This document shows, piece after piece, positions 26,812-37,306 of a stretch of 64,000 nt of DNA. Source of the stretch: a virus; IMG/VR virus record IMGVR_UViG_3300042987_003796, positions 20,022 to 84,021 of that record; one strand, given 5' to 3'. The translations under genes and the position numbers were made by a program. Each line of letters starts with the position of its first letter. Position 1 is the first letter of the stretch. Under the pieces are notes generated by a model, which saw nothing but the letters and a program-made list of their open reading frames with translations, was not told the origin of the DNA and ran no database searches.

Positions 26812-28459
26812 AGACATTTATTGGCTTAACAAAGACTCAAGAAAATTTCTTGAAAGAGGGTACTTGCTGCAAGGCGAGACGGCAGAGCAAAGAATTAGAG
26901 ATATTTCACTAACGGCAGAAAATTCTTTAAAAATTAAAGACTTTGCCGATAAGTTTGAAAAATATATGACTGCCGGATTTTATTCTCTTTCAAGCCCAAT
27001 ATGGAGTAATTTCGGACGAAAGAGGGGCTTGCCGATATCATGCTTCGGATCTTGTATTCCAGACACAATGGAAGGAATTATGGAGAAAGTTTCTGAGGTG
27101 GCAGTAATGACAAAGCATGGAGGGGGAACTTCCGCATATTTTGGCAATCTTCGCGGAAGAGGTACCCCGATTTCATCTGGAGGGGAATCTACTGGGTCTG
27201 TACATTTTATGGAACTATTTGATAAATTAATGAACGTTGTTTCTCAAGGAAACGTTCGTAGGGGGTCATTTGCAGCTTACCTTCCGATTGATCACCCAGA
27301 TATAGAAGAATTTTTGAAAATTAAATCAGAAGGAAGCGAGATTCAAGATATGTCTATTGGCGTATCCGTTTCTGATAAATGGATGAAGAAAATGATTGAT
27401 GGAGATAAAGATGCTCGTAAGATTTGGGGTCTTGTTATTAAGAAGAGGTTTGAATCTGGATATCCTTATATTTTCTTTAGCGACAATGCCAACAACCAGT
27501 CTCCACAAATTTATAAAGATAAGGGGATTAAAATTAACAATTCCAACCTTTGTTCAGAAATCATGCTTTCAAGCTCAGAAGATGAATCATTTGTTTGCGA
27601 TTTATCCTCTATGAATTTAGAAACCTGGGAGGAATGGAAAGATACCGACGCCGTAGAAACATTAGTTTATTTTTTGGACGCCGTAATGTCAGAGTTTATT
27701 GACAAAACTAAAGCGATGAAATTCATGGAAGCGCCAAGAAAGTTTGCTATAAATCAAAGAGCGTTAGGAGTAGGCGTTCTTGGCTGGCATTCTTTATTGC
27801 AATCTAAAATGATTGGATTTGAATCCATGGAAGCCAAAATACTAAATAGTCAAATTTGGAAGACTATTAGAGAAAGAGCAGATTCAGCCACAAAAAATTT
27901 AGCCTCTATTTTTGGAGAAGCTCCTATATATAAAGATTCAGAAGAAAAAAGAAGAAATACAACAACTCTTGCAGTCGCCCCAACAACATCATCAAGTTTT
28001 ATTCTCGGTCAAGTATCTCCCAGTATAGAGCCTCTTAATAGTAATTATTTTGTTAAGGATCTTGCTAAAGGCAAGTTTACATATAAAAATCCTTATCTTA
28101 AAAACCTACTAAAAGAAAAAGGAAAAGACGACGATGAAACCTGGAAATCAATTCTTATAAAGGGCGGAAGCGTTCAGCATTTAGACATTTTAAATGAAGA
28201 CGAAAAAAACGTTTTCAAAACATTCGGAGAAATTTCTCAAAAAGAAATCATAATACAGGCGGCTCAGCGCCAAAAATATATAGATCAAGGTCAAAGTTTA
28301 AACATAATGATACCACCAAATACCAAACCTAAAGATGTTAATGAACTTATGATTTTTGCTTGGGAGCAAGGCATAAAATCTTTGTATTATCAAAGAAGCG
28401 CAAACCCAGCGCAAGAACTTGCTCGTTCAATTTTAAGCTGTAACTCATGCGAGGCATAA
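26804..28459 (+). CDS. nrdA: Ribonucleotide reductase class I alpha subunit (short, no ATP cone)
   Basis: PISCF, SQGNVRRGS, SNLCSEI, APTTSSS, KSLYYQR, C-terminal CNSCEA; ATG 26804 overlaps the end of the thioredoxin gene. Confidence 0.92.
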   Translation: MSKDIYWLNKDSRKFLERGYLLQGETAEQRIRDISLTAENSLKIKDFADKFEKYMTAGFYSLSSPIWSNFGRKRGLPISCFGSCIPDTMEGIMEKVSEVAVMTKHGGGTSAYFGNLRGRGTPISSGGESTGSVHFMELFDKLMNVVSQGNVRRGSFAAYLPIDHPDIEEFLKIKSEGSEIQDMSIGVSVSDKWMKKMIDGDKDARKIWGLVIKKRFESGYPYIFFSDNANNQSPQIYKDKGIKINNSNLCSEIMLSSSEDESFVCDLSSMNLETWEEWKDTDAVETLVYFLDAVMSEFIDKTKAMKFMEAPRKFAINQRALGVGVLGWHSLLQSKMIGFESMEAKILNSQIWKTIRERADSATKNLASIFGEAPIYKDSEEKRRNTTTLAVAPTTSSSFILGQVSPSIEPLNSNYFVKDLAKGKFTYKNPYLKNLLKEKGKDDDETWKSILIKGGSVQHLDILNEDEKNVFKTFGEISQKEIIIQAAQRQKYIDQGQSLNIMIPPNTKPKDVNELMIFAWEQGIKSLYYQRSANPAQELARSILSCNSCEA

Positions 28460-28472
28460 AAAATATAAGAAT

Positions 28473-28898
28473 ATGAATGTAGAAATTAAACTATTAAATG
28501 ATAACGCAAAAATACCAGCCAAGTCTTCTGAAGATGACGCTGGATATGATCTTTATTCCTGCAACGACTTTTTTATAAAACCGATGGAAAGGTGCTTAGT
28601 TAAGACTGGGGTATCCATGAGCATGCCATCTGGATATTATGGCCATATTTCAGATAGAAGCGGTATGGCTCTAAAAAAGGGAGCGCACTGTATTGGCAAA
28701 ATAGTTGATCCATCTTACAGGGGCGAAATTGGTATTATTATTTTAAATACAGATATGTATGAGACTATAAAAATACAAAAAGGAGATAGAGTCGCCCAAA
28801 TGATTTTTAAAAAATATGAAAATGTAAATTTTATAGAGTCTGAAAGCCTTCAGGAAACAGAAAGAGCTGATAATGGCTATGGAAGTTCTGGCAATTAA
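28473..28898 (+). CDS. dut: dUTPase
   Basis: AGYDL, RSGMA, DPSYRGEI, GDRVAQ, R..NGYGSSG. Confidence 0.92.
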   Translation: MNVEIKLLNDNAKIPAKSSEDDAGYDLYSCNDFFIKPMERCLVKTGVSMSMPSGYYGHISDRSGMALKKGAHCIGKIVDPSYRGEIGIIILNTDMYETIKIQKGDRVAQMIFKKYENVNFIESESLQETERADNGYGSSGN

Positions 28899-28911
28899 AT
28901 ATTAAAAATAA

Positions 28912-29340
28912 ATGTATCAAGAAGACTTCAATGAAAATGAGCCAATTGAAAGCAATGATTTTTCAGTAGAGGATTTAAAAAGAAACCTTGACGAAACAAA
29001 TCTCGCCTTACTTGAAACTCTTAAAAATAGATACATGCAGGAATTAATAGGATCGATGGTGTTTTTTATCTTTAATGAAATTTGCCAAAATAAAAATCCA
29101 GAATCAGATACACAAACAAAAGAAAATTCTATTGCCAAAATGTTTTTCTCTTCTTGGCTAAACTCGGTAAAAAAAAGAGCTAAAAAAGAAATACTAGAAA
29201 TTAATAACAAATTAAAAGACAACAAAATGAATTTTCTTGGAGCGATTTCAAACTATTCGCTTCCAAGCACCGAAGATTATCAGGACATATATAATAAAGC
29301 TCTTCTAGAGGTTCAAAAAGTATTTCAAAAAAATACTTAA
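28912..29340 (+). CDS. Hypothetical protein
   Basis: 142-aa ORF in operon. Confidence 0.5.
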   Translation: MYQEDFNENEPIESNDFSVEDLKRNLDETNLALLETLKNRYMQELIGSMVFFIFNEICQNKNPESDTQTKENSIAKMFFSSWLNSVKKRAKKEILEINNKLKDNKMNFLGAISNYSLPSTEDYQDIYNKALLEVQKVFQKNT

Positions 29341-29379
29341 ATTTAAAAAACGCGATTTTTATCTTATAATATCTTCGTT

Positions 29380-29619
29380 ATGGTAAAGATAAAAGTTTCT
29401 AATTTTTCAATAGAAGACAAAAACAATGGAACTCTTCCAGAGCTGGAAGTAAAATCTTTTATAATAAAAAGTGATAAAAACGACGAAACTTTTTCAGAAA
29501 AATCAATAAAAAATGACTATCTTATCCTAATGTCAGAAACAGAATATAGAAATAAAATAGCGTTCAAATCTGGAAGAAAATCTAACCCATTGATGGTAAA
29601 TTTTGAACAATATGGATAA
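29380..29619 (+). CDS. Hypothetical protein
   Basis: 79-aa ORF in operon. Confidence 0.4.
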   Translation: MVKIKVSNFSIEDKNNGTLPELEVKSFIIKSDKNDETFSEKSIKNDYLILMSETEYRNKIAFKSGRKSNPLMVNFEQYG

Positions 29620-30277
29620 TCCAAAAATCTTATTATTTTGTACTAGTTTTTCAGATAACGAATATCTTTGGAATAATAGATATATAAAATGGTTAAAATT
29701 CTATAACTCTATAAATTTAAATTCAAATAAAATATTGATGATAGACGACGGGAGTCCAGTTGTTCCAAATATTGAATCAGTATCAATAACAAATTCAAAT
29801 AATCTTAATGAAGAGGATCGCGAGTACAAAAATTCCATAATACGATTTCCCAATCACCTTGGGAGAAGAGGAGTGCTGGATTACCCCGGCTGGTTCAGAA
29901 GCTTCTCATTTGCCTGCGAATATGCAAAAAAATTTAATTATAAAAAAGTTATACATATAGAGTCCGATGTATTCTTATTGTCAGATAAAATTATAAATTA
30001 CATAAATGATTTGGATAGCGGCTGGAATTCTTTTATGTGCAGTAGATATTCGTTTCCAGAATCAGGCATACAAATTATATGTAAGGATCAAATTGATAAT
30101 TTATATGAATTTTATAATAAAGACTATAATCTTTATAAAAATTTCCCAATTGAAAGATTAATACCATTTACTAATGTAAGCGATAATTTTATAGGAGATA
30201 GATATGGAGAATATTTACCGTCTCCGCCTATTGGCGCCGATTTTTGTTCTCAATTTCTTCCAGAGTGGCGCATATGA
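29612..30277 (+). CDS. Putative glycosyltransferase (GT-A-like)
   Basis: LMIDDGSP and IHIESDV motifs. Confidence 0.55.
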   Translation: MDNPKILLFCTSFSDNEYLWNNRYIKWLKFYNSINLNSNKILMIDDGSPVVPNIESVSITNSNNLNEEDREYKNSIIRFPNHLGRRGVLDYPGWFRSFSFACEYAKKFNYKKVIHIESDVFLLSDKIINYINDLDSGWNSFMCSRYSFPESGIQIICKDQIDNLYEFYNKDYNLYKNFPIERLIPFTNVSDNFIGDRYGEYLPSPPIGADFCSQFLPEWRI

Positions 30278-30960
30278 AAACAAAATATAAAAAAAACGAT
30301 ATAACATTAAATGGAATAGCAAGCGAAGAAAAATATTTTGAAAATACTTTAAAAGCCTTAATTTATTCAAAAAAAATAAGCGGAATCAAAAAGGCTCAGT
30401 TGATTTGTTTCAAAGATTTCGAACACAAAGACATTGAATGCATAAAACTTCCTTATGAAATAAAAAATCTTGTAGATTGGAATTTTTTCATGATGAAGCA
30501 TCTATATAAATTTATAGATACAGAATTAATGATTAATATTCACGACGATGGCTTTATAATAAATCCAGAGGCTTGGACGGATGAATTTTTAAATTATGAT
30601 TACATAGGAGCGCTATGGCCTATTGGCGGATTACCCCCGCATGTAACAGAGCATGACAGATGTGGAAATGGCGGATTCTCGTTGAGAAGCAAAAGATTTT
30701 TAGAAATTTCCGCACTTTACTGTCCATTTTACCAAAATTTACCAGAAGATGCCACCGTCTGTAGAGTTCATAAAGATATATTTTTAAAACACGGAATGAA
30801 GTTTGGAACTAACGAAATATGCTCTAAATTCTCTATAGAATACCAGTTTATGAAAGAATACGCAAATCAATTTCATGAGGACAGATTTAGTCTAAAAACA
30901 TTTGGCTTTCATTTTTCAACTTCAGACGCCATAAAATATTTGGATGACGTATCACTATAA
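30274..30960 (+). CDS. DUF5672-like putative glycosyltransferase
   Basis: HDDGFIINPEAW..FLNYDYIGA.W, GNGGFSLRSK, PED, FGFH. Confidence 0.7.
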   Translation: MKTKYKKNDITLNGIASEEKYFENTLKALIYSKKISGIKKAQLICFKDFEHKDIECIKLPYEIKNLVDWNFFMMKHLYKFIDTELMINIHDDGFIINPEAWTDEFLNYDYIGALWPIGGLPPHVTEHDRCGNGGFSLRSKRFLEISALYCPFYQNLPEDATVCRVHKDIFLKHGMKFGTNEICSKFSIEYQFMKEYANQFHEDRFSLKTFGFHFSTSDAIKYLDDVSL

Positions 30961-30973
30961 GTCGTGAAAAACT

Positions 30974-31675
30974 ATGAGAAACTATATCTACAATATCATA
31001 TATCACATATATGCCGAAAAAACAAACCCAATATTAACATTTAATATAGAAAATTTAAAAAAATATCTTCCTAAATTTAATGGTAAAAAAATAATAAATA
31101 TTAACTATGAAAACGAGATCTCTGCTAATCTTATAGTAGATAATATTAAAAAAGTCGACCCAAATATCAAATTTTTCTTTACAAGAAACGAAGAAACAAA
31201 TGGACTGTATGAGTTATATCCATTTATTACAAAATTGCTACCATCAATCATGTCTGATAGTGAAAATGAATTTACATTCTATGCGCATGCTAAGGGAGTT
31301 ACGAGATACAACTCTGAAAAAGAATTTATATCCTTACTGTGGGCAAATCTGATGTATACAAAAAATTTAGATGATTTTGCATATATAAATACTATTCTTG
31401 AAAAATACTCATGTGCTGGATGTTTAAAAATCAATAAGCCATATACGGCTCTCTCATTTGTAAACTGGCATTACAGTGGAGCTTTTTTTTGGTTTAGAAA
31501 TAAGGATCTATTTTCTAAGAAGTGGCAAGAATACTACAATAATGTATACGGACTAGAAGGTTATTTGGCAACTCATTTTTCTTCGAAAGAGGCATTTTCA
31601 ATAGACCCAGAATTGCCAAATAATCATGAAGACATCTATCAAAAAGAAAACTGGGAATATTTTTATAAAATATGA
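30974..31675 (+). CDS. Putative glycan-modifying protein
   Basis: FYAHAKGVT and HYSGAFFW motifs; inside the sugar cluster. Confidence 0.45.
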   Translation: MRNYIYNIIYHIYAEKTNPILTFNIENLKKYLPKFNGKKIININYENEISANLIVDNIKKVDPNIKFFFTRNEETNGLYELYPFITKLLPSIMSDSENEFTFYAHAKGVTRYNSEKEFISLLWANLMYTKNLDDFAYINTILEKYSCAGCLKINKPYTALSFVNWHYSGAFFWFRNKDLFSKKWQEYYNNVYGLEGYLATHFSSKEAFSIDPELPNNHEDIYQKENWEYFYKI

Positions 31676-32526
31676 TATTATTGATAGGCTCTACTGGATA
31701 CATAGGAACAGAATTCAAAAAACAATTCGAAAAGAATTCAATACCCTATAAAACCCTTAGTCACAAAGAAGCGACTAGAGCAAATATTATTGAAATACAT
31801 AAAGCTTATAATATTCAATATATAATTAACTGCGCTGCATTCGTTGGTAAGCCAAACATAGAAGCATGCGAAAATCAAAAAGACGAAACAATAAGCGGAA
31901 ATATCATTTTGCCAATTTTATTAAAAGAAATAAGCCAAGAACTTGAAATAGTATATTGCCATATTTCTACCGGCTGCTTGTATAATGGACAATCTCCAAA
32001 TACAGATGGATGGCAAGAGAAGGATAAGCCAAATTTTAGTTTTGAATTGAATAATTGTAATTTTTATACGGGTACAAAAATAATAGCAGAAAAATATATT
32101 TCTCTATATGAAAAAAGCTATATATGGAGAATAAAACTGCCTTTTGAAAACGAGCACAATAATAAGAATTACATTTCAAAAATAATTAATTATGATACAC
32201 TTGTGTCAGAAAATAATTCAATTTCAAACAAAGTCGAACTTGTAAAAGCTTGCATAGATTCAATAAAATTAGAAATACCATTTGGCACATATAATATAAC
32301 TAATAGTGGTTATATTTCACCAATGGACTTAGTTAAAAAGCTGGTGAATACAATCACTCCAAATAAAAAAGCAAATTTTTTAATAATAGATAATTTTTAC
32401 AAAGATATAAGTTCTATGCCGCGCTCAAGTTGCATTGTAAATAATAAAAAATTACTTTCAACTGGCATAAAAATGTCTGAAGTAAACGAATCAATAGATT
32501 GGTGTTTAAAAAACTGGAAGTGGTAA
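31672..32526 (+). CDS. NAD-dependent NDP-sugar epimerase/reductase (RmlD-like SDR)
   Basis: GSTGYIG, INCAAFVGKPN, YxxxK (YTGTK). Confidence 0.8.
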   Translation: MILLIGSTGYIGTEFKKQFEKNSIPYKTLSHKEATRANIIEIHKAYNIQYIINCAAFVGKPNIEACENQKDETISGNIILPILLKEISQELEIVYCHISTGCLYNGQSPNTDGWQEKDKPNFSFELNNCNFYTGTKIIAEKYISLYEKSYIWRIKLPFENEHNNKNYISKIINYDTLVSENNSISNKVELVKACIDSIKLEIPFGTYNITNSGYISPMDLVKKLVNTITPNKKANFLIIDNFYKDISSMPRSSCIVNNKKLLSTGIKMSEVNESIDWCLKNWKW

Positions 32527-32527
32527 T

Positions 32528-33664
32528 ATGCAAAAAGAAATCATAAATCTTGGCAGTCTCCCCCTAGTAAACAATCTCTGTAAAACAAAACACGAGAGCC
32601 TAAACGTAAAGACATTCGGATTAAAAATTATTGAAGAAGATAATTTATTAATGAAGCTGGATGTTGAAATTCCATCCGAAGAGATGTTCGAAGAATACCT
32701 GTATAGATCATCTGTAAATATTCCATACATAAGACATTGTGAAACTATGTGGGAATACGTGAAACAATTCAGCCCAGAGAATATAGCCGATATAGGCGGA
32801 AATGACGGAGCATTGCTAAAAGCTTTCCAATCTAAAAGCGAAAAAAAACTCAACCTACACAATATAGACGCAAGTAAGTCTTTTAAAGAAGACAATGAAA
32901 AAAGCGGAATAAATTATCATAATAATTACTGGGGAGATGTCATTTTCGAAAACAAGTTCGATCTGATTATATCCACAAATGTTTTCCAACATAATCCATT
33001 TTATGAAAAATTCGTAGATGCAATTCAAAAAAATTTAAATGGCAGATGGGTACTAGAGTTTCCTTATTTTCTCGATACGGTAAAAACAAATCAATTTGAT
33101 CAAATATATCACGAGCATGTATTCTACTGGCTATTGACGCCTTTATATTCATTATTTAAAAAATACGGCTTGAAAATCATAGACGTATCTCGACAAGAAA
33201 TACATGGCGGCTCGTTAAGAATAGTCTCCTCCAATGTTGAATCAGACATTGAAAATACAAACTTGATAAATACTTTCCTAAAAGAGGAAAACGATTTTGA
33301 TTTTAAAAATTGGCAAGCTGTAACCAAAGAAAAAATAATTCAAGATAAGCTTTTTATTGAAAAATTAACCGGAAAAACTTATTGTTTTGGCGCCGCAGCA
33401 AAAGGGTGCATTTATTTAAACGCTTTAAAATTAACAAATAACGACATTCATTTTATCATTGATGATACAATTCAAAAGCAAAACAAGTTTAGTCCCGGAA
33501 CTGGGATTGAAATTTGCTCAAGAGAAATTATAAAAACAGAAGATTGTCCAGATAATATTATTATACTTGCACATAACTTTAAAGATTACATAGCTAACTC
33601 TCTTAGAGAATATGGTTACACAGGCAGGCTATTCGTAATGATCCCAGAAATAGAAGAAATATAA
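32528..33664 (+). CDS. NDP-sugar C-methyltransferase
   Basis: LGSLPLVN, DIGGNDG, FDQIYHEH, HGGSLR, FGAAAKG, KFSPGTGI. Confidence 0.85.
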   Translation: MQKEIINLGSLPLVNNLCKTKHESLNVKTFGLKIIEEDNLLMKLDVEIPSEEMFEEYLYRSSVNIPYIRHCETMWEYVKQFSPENIADIGGNDGALLKAFQSKSEKKLNLHNIDASKSFKEDNEKSGINYHNNYWGDVIFENKFDLIISTNVFQHNPFYEKFVDAIQKNLNGRWVLEFPYFLDTVKTNQFDQIYHEHVFYWLLTPLYSLFKKYGLKIIDVSRQEIHGGSLRIVSSNVESDIENTNLINTFLKEENDFDFKNWQAVTKEKIIQDKLFIEKLTGKTYCFGAAAKGCIYLNALKLTNNDIHFIIDDTIQKQNKFSPGTGIEICSREIIKTEDCPDNIIILAHNFKDYIANSLREYGYTGRLFVMIPEIEEI

Positions 33665-33691
33665 AATAAAAAATTAAATTATTATATATAA

Positions 33692-34468
33692 ATGGAAACC
33701 AAAATAGTGCTAGCCACAGGGGTAGATATTGGCTATTTAAAAAAAATAAATACTTATCTTGATTCAATACAAAAAAATTCAAATTTTGATGAAAATTATC
33801 TAATTATTAATGGATTAGAAAATGTAAAGATAAAACAAGATAAAATTCAGGTTGTAAATATTAATCCGTCAATAATAAAATCGTTAACACAAAATAAATG
33901 CTTGCAGCATGGGGAATTCTTAAGATCTCAATATTTATTAGATCATCTTAAAGATAATGATGTTATATTTTTTACCGATGGAGATATGTGGTTACAAAAA
34001 CCTTTATCACATCTAGAAAAAACAAAATATAAATCTTTTAAAGATTTTGATATTTATATAGGATACAATGCTAATCCTAATCAAAAATTAAGTGAAGAAT
34101 ATCATTCTCTCCAACCAACGGGATATATATCTAACAGTATTTCTAATCAAAACTGGTCAAATATAAAATGCTACAATACAGGGGTAATTGCGATGAATAA
34201 AAAAACATGGTTATTCCTAATGGATGAGTATTGTAAATTATTTAATGAAGTCGATAAAATGTTTTCACATTACGCAAAACAGCAATGGCTTATTTGTTAC
34301 ATAATAGGTACCTATAAATTTAATATAATAGAAATGGATTATGATGTACATAATCATGATCATTTCGGACCAGTCCCAGGCACGAGCGTATTAGAAAATA
34401 ACATTATAACCTATAATAACAATATAGTTTTATTTAAGCACAAATGGAATGGACATAGAATTGAATAA
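33692..34468 (+). CDS. Putative glycosyltransferase
   Basis: FFTDGD (DxD), YNTGV, QQW motifs. Confidence 0.5.
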   Translation: METKIVLATGVDIGYLKKINTYLDSIQKNSNFDENYLIINGLENVKIKQDKIQVVNINPSIIKSLTQNKCLQHGEFLRSQYLLDHLKDNDVIFFTDGDMWLQKPLSHLEKTKYKSFKDFDIYIGYNANPNQKLSEEYHSLQPTGYISNSISNQNWSNIKCYNTGVIAMNKKTWLFLMDEYCKLFNEVDKMFSHYAKQQWLICYIIGTYKFNIIEMDYDVHNHDHFGPVPGTSVLENNIITYNNNIVLFKHKWNGHRIE

Positions 34469-34481
34469 TTTTAATTAAAAA

Positions 34482-35621
34482 ATGAATAAAAATATACAAG
34501 AATCATACATTGGTAAAAAAATAGACAACGCCAATGTTCTAAATATAGATGATGCAGCCAAAATTCTTAAAAATAAAAAAACTTGTATAGTTACGGGGGT
34601 AACTGGTCAAGATGGAAGCTACATGGTAGATTATCTTCTTGAAAATACGGATCTATATATCGTAGGCGGAGTTAGAAGACTAAGTGTGTATAATCATATT
34701 AATATTAAACATATTAATAACGACAGATTTATTTTATTAAATTTTGATTTAACTGATCCGCACTCCATAACTAGAATAATAGAAAAACTCAAACCAGAGT
34801 ACTTTGTAAATTTAGCCGCGCAAAGCTTTGTAGCTAGTAGCTGGGATTTTGCCAGGCAAACTTGGGCAGCAAATTCGACAGCTATTCTAGACATACTAGA
34901 GGCCATTAGGCTATATAAGCCTGATTGCAAAATGTATCAAGCTGGCTCTAGCGAAGAATTTGGCAACGTCTCATATATACCACAGGACGAAAAGCATCCA
35001 TTAAAACCAAGGAGTCCGTACGGAGCAAGCAAAGCAGCTGCCAGACAATTAGTTAAAGTATATAGAGAGTCTTACGGATTATACGCTGTTCAAGGATGGC
35101 TATTCAATCACGAATCAGAGAGAAGAGGAGTAGAATTTGTAACTAGAAAAATTACTACTAACGTGGCTAGAATCAAAAAAGAAATAGGAACTGGTGTAAA
35201 AATTACACCAGTTGAACTAGGAAATATTGATGCAAAAAGAGACTGGAGTCATGCTAGCGATTTTGTAGACGGAATCTGGAGAATGCTAAACCAAAAAGAA
35301 CCAAAAGATTACGTTCTTTCATCTAACGAAACCCACACTGTTAGAGAATTTGTAGAAAAAGCATTTTTAGCTGCTAACATAGAGGGTCACTGGTCTTATC
35401 TAAATTTAGATAATACTGATAAAAGACCCGAAAACGAAGTCTTTAGAAAAGATACTGGAGAAATTTTAGTTAAAATTAATCCAAAATTCTACAGACCAGC
35501 GGAAGTTGATTTACTTTTTGGAGATTCTTCTTTGGCTAGAAGAGAATTAGACTGGCAACCAAAAATTTCTTTTGATCAACTTATAAAAAAAATGGTAGAA
35601 AATGATATTATAAGTGTGTAA
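34482..35621 (+). CDS. gmd: GDP-mannose 4,6-dehydratase
   Basis: VTGVTGQDGSY, NLAAQSFV, PRSPYGASK, LFNHESERRG..FVTRKI, LGNIDAKRDW, RPAEVDLL. Confidence 0.92.
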   Translation: MNKNIQESYIGKKIDNANVLNIDDAAKILKNKKTCIVTGVTGQDGSYMVDYLLENTDLYIVGGVRRLSVYNHINIKHINNDRFILLNFDLTDPHSITRIIEKLKPEYFVNLAAQSFVASSWDFARQTWAANSTAILDILEAIRLYKPDCKMYQAGSSEEFGNVSYIPQDEKHPLKPRSPYGASKAAARQLVKVYRESYGLYAVQGWLFNHESERRGVEFVTRKITTNVARIKKEIGTGVKITPVELGNIDAKRDWSHASDFVDGIWRMLNQKEPKDYVLSSNETHTVREFVEKAFLAANIEGHWSYLNLDNTDKRPENEVFRKDTGEILVKINPKFYRPAEVDLLFGDSSLARRELDWQPKISFDQLIKKMVENDIISV

Positions 35622-35629
35622 TATATAAC

Positions 35630-35812
35630 ATGAGTGGCGAAGAAAAATTTAATTTTTGTAAGCATAAGCCAGAAGAGCAGATTGAAATATTTGACGGCTG
35701 TCCATGTCGAAAAAAGAAAAAACTCGTTTCTCAATGCGTATTAAGATCGATAGTCGATATAAAGCCAGAGATATGCGCCGACTGCTCTCTATTTGAAGAT
35801 AAAAGAGCTTGA
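35630..35812 (+). CDS. Small Cys-rich hypothetical protein
   Basis: 60 aa with 6 Cys; GTGTA motif 9 nt before the ATG. Confidence 0.5.
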   Translation: MSGEEKFNFCKHKPEEQIEIFDGCPCRKKKKLVSQCVLRSIVDIKPEICADCSLFEDKRA

Positions 35813-35836
35813 CATAATTTCAATATTGCTTATACT
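35809..35836 (+). promoter_or_regulatory. Sigma70-type promoter
   Basis: TTGACA - 16 bp - TATACT just before ATG 35847. Confidence 0.55.
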
Positions 35837-35846
35837 TTGATAACAA

Positions 35847-36227
35847 ATGTCAAAGTTTAAATATAAAGATTCTTTTACTCAAAAGAATTTTAAGACGGAA
35901 TTTATTATTTCGTGCCTTCGTCTACCGAAAAGTAGACACAAAGAAATACCATGGGCTAAAGAAATGAAAATAATGATTTCATTAGCAAAAAAATGTTCGG
36001 ATCCAGGCTTTTGGTTTCACGCTAGACCTGAGTTTCAGCTTCCATCGCTTGCCTGGTTTCTAACAAGTGATGGTAGAAAATATTTAAATGAAAAATATTC
36101 AACTTTTAATTTTAAATTTAAAAAAGAAAGCGAAGAAAAAATAAAACTGGATGAAAATAAATACGGACTAGACGAAAAAATAACACCAAAAAAACCCAAG
36201 ACAATAATGGACTTTATCAAAAAATGA
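35847..36227 (+). CDS. Hypothetical protein
   Basis: 126-aa ORF coupled to the RecA-like gene. Confidence 0.55.
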   Translation: MSKFKYKDSFTQKNFKTEFIISCLRLPKSRHKEIPWAKEMKIMISLAKKCSDPGFWFHARPEFQLPSLAWFLTSDGRKYLNEKYSTFNFKFKKESEEKIKLDENKYGLDEKITPKKPKTIMDFIKK

Positions 36228-37306
36228 ACTCAAAAGAACTTTTATCAAGCTATTTAAAAACAAACAAAGAAGAGCACTTTAACTTTGTTAAAGACAAAGA
36301 TTTTGTAATTTCAACCGGAAGTTTAATTTTTGATATTGAGGTCGGCGGGGGGCTACACCCGTCAATACTTAGATTCAGTGGGGTTTCCGGCGGAGGAAAA
36401 ACTAGCGCGAGTCTTTCAATTATGAAAAGCTTTCTTTCCTCTTCAAAGAACAGGAAAGGATTATACATTAAAGCCGAGGGAAGACTTTCTAAAAACGTAG
36501 TAGAAAGATCTGGTATAAATTTTGTAGAAGACGCTCAGGACTGGATTGATGGAAGTTGTTTTATATTTAAAACCAATATATACGAAACAGCCGCAAATTT
36601 AATTCATAAATTAGTTCAAAACAATGAAGAGGATATTTCTTACTTTTTTATAATTGATAGCATGGACGCGCTCATCCCAAAAGGAGACAAAGATAAAACA
36701 TTTGAGGATGCTGTAAAGGTTAGCGGAGGAGCCGCCATATCCTCACATTTTCTTAAAAAAATGGCTCTTCCATTTTCTGTAGGAGGACACATATGCGCCA
36801 TGATTAGTCAAGTAAGAAGCGAGGTAAAAATTAATCAATATGCAAAAAGCGATCCGAGGCTAACTAACGCGTCTGGCGGGTCCGCATTACTACATTACTC
36901 TGATTGGATTTTTGAATTTGCCCCTAGATATAAGTCTGACTATATTACTGCTACCGTAAACGGAAAAGAAGAAAATATAGGTCACTGGGCTAAAATAACC
37001 TTTAAAAAGTCAACAAACGAAAAAGACGGAAAAGAAATTAGATACCCAATTAAACATAGCCAGAATGGAGGAAACTCAGTTTGGGTAGAATATGAAATAG
37101 CCGATCTCATGATTATGTGGGAGCTAGCTAAAAAGGCTGGCGCATGGATTAAAATTGAATCATCCCTCATAGAAGAATTAAAATCAAAAAAAATCGACTT
37201 TCCAGAAACTATTCAAGGAATAGATAATTTAAGAACATATCTAGCAAATAATCAAGAAGCTACAAAATATTTATTTAATAAATTTAAAGAAATTTGTATA
37301 AGCTGA
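36224..37306 (+). CDS. RecA/UvsX-like recombinase
   Basis: ISTGSLIFDIEVGGG, GVSGGGKT, FIIDSMDAL, ISQVR, SGGSALLHYSD. Confidence 0.85.
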   Translation: MNSKELLSSYLKTNKEEHFNFVKDKDFVISTGSLIFDIEVGGGLHPSILRFSGVSGGGKTSASLSIMKSFLSSSKNRKGLYIKAEGRLSKNVVERSGINFVEDAQDWIDGSCFIFKTNIYETAANLIHKLVQNNEEDISYFFIIDSMDALIPKGDKDKTFEDAVKVSGGAAISSHFLKKMALPFSVGGHICAMISQVRSEVKINQYAKSDPRLTNASGGSALLHYSDWIFEFAPRYKSDYITATVNGKEENIGHWAKITFKKSTNEKDGKEIRYPIKHSQNGGNSVWVEYEIADLMIMWELAKKAGAWIKIESSLIEELKSKKIDFPETIQGIDNLRTYLANNQEATKYLFNKFKEICIS

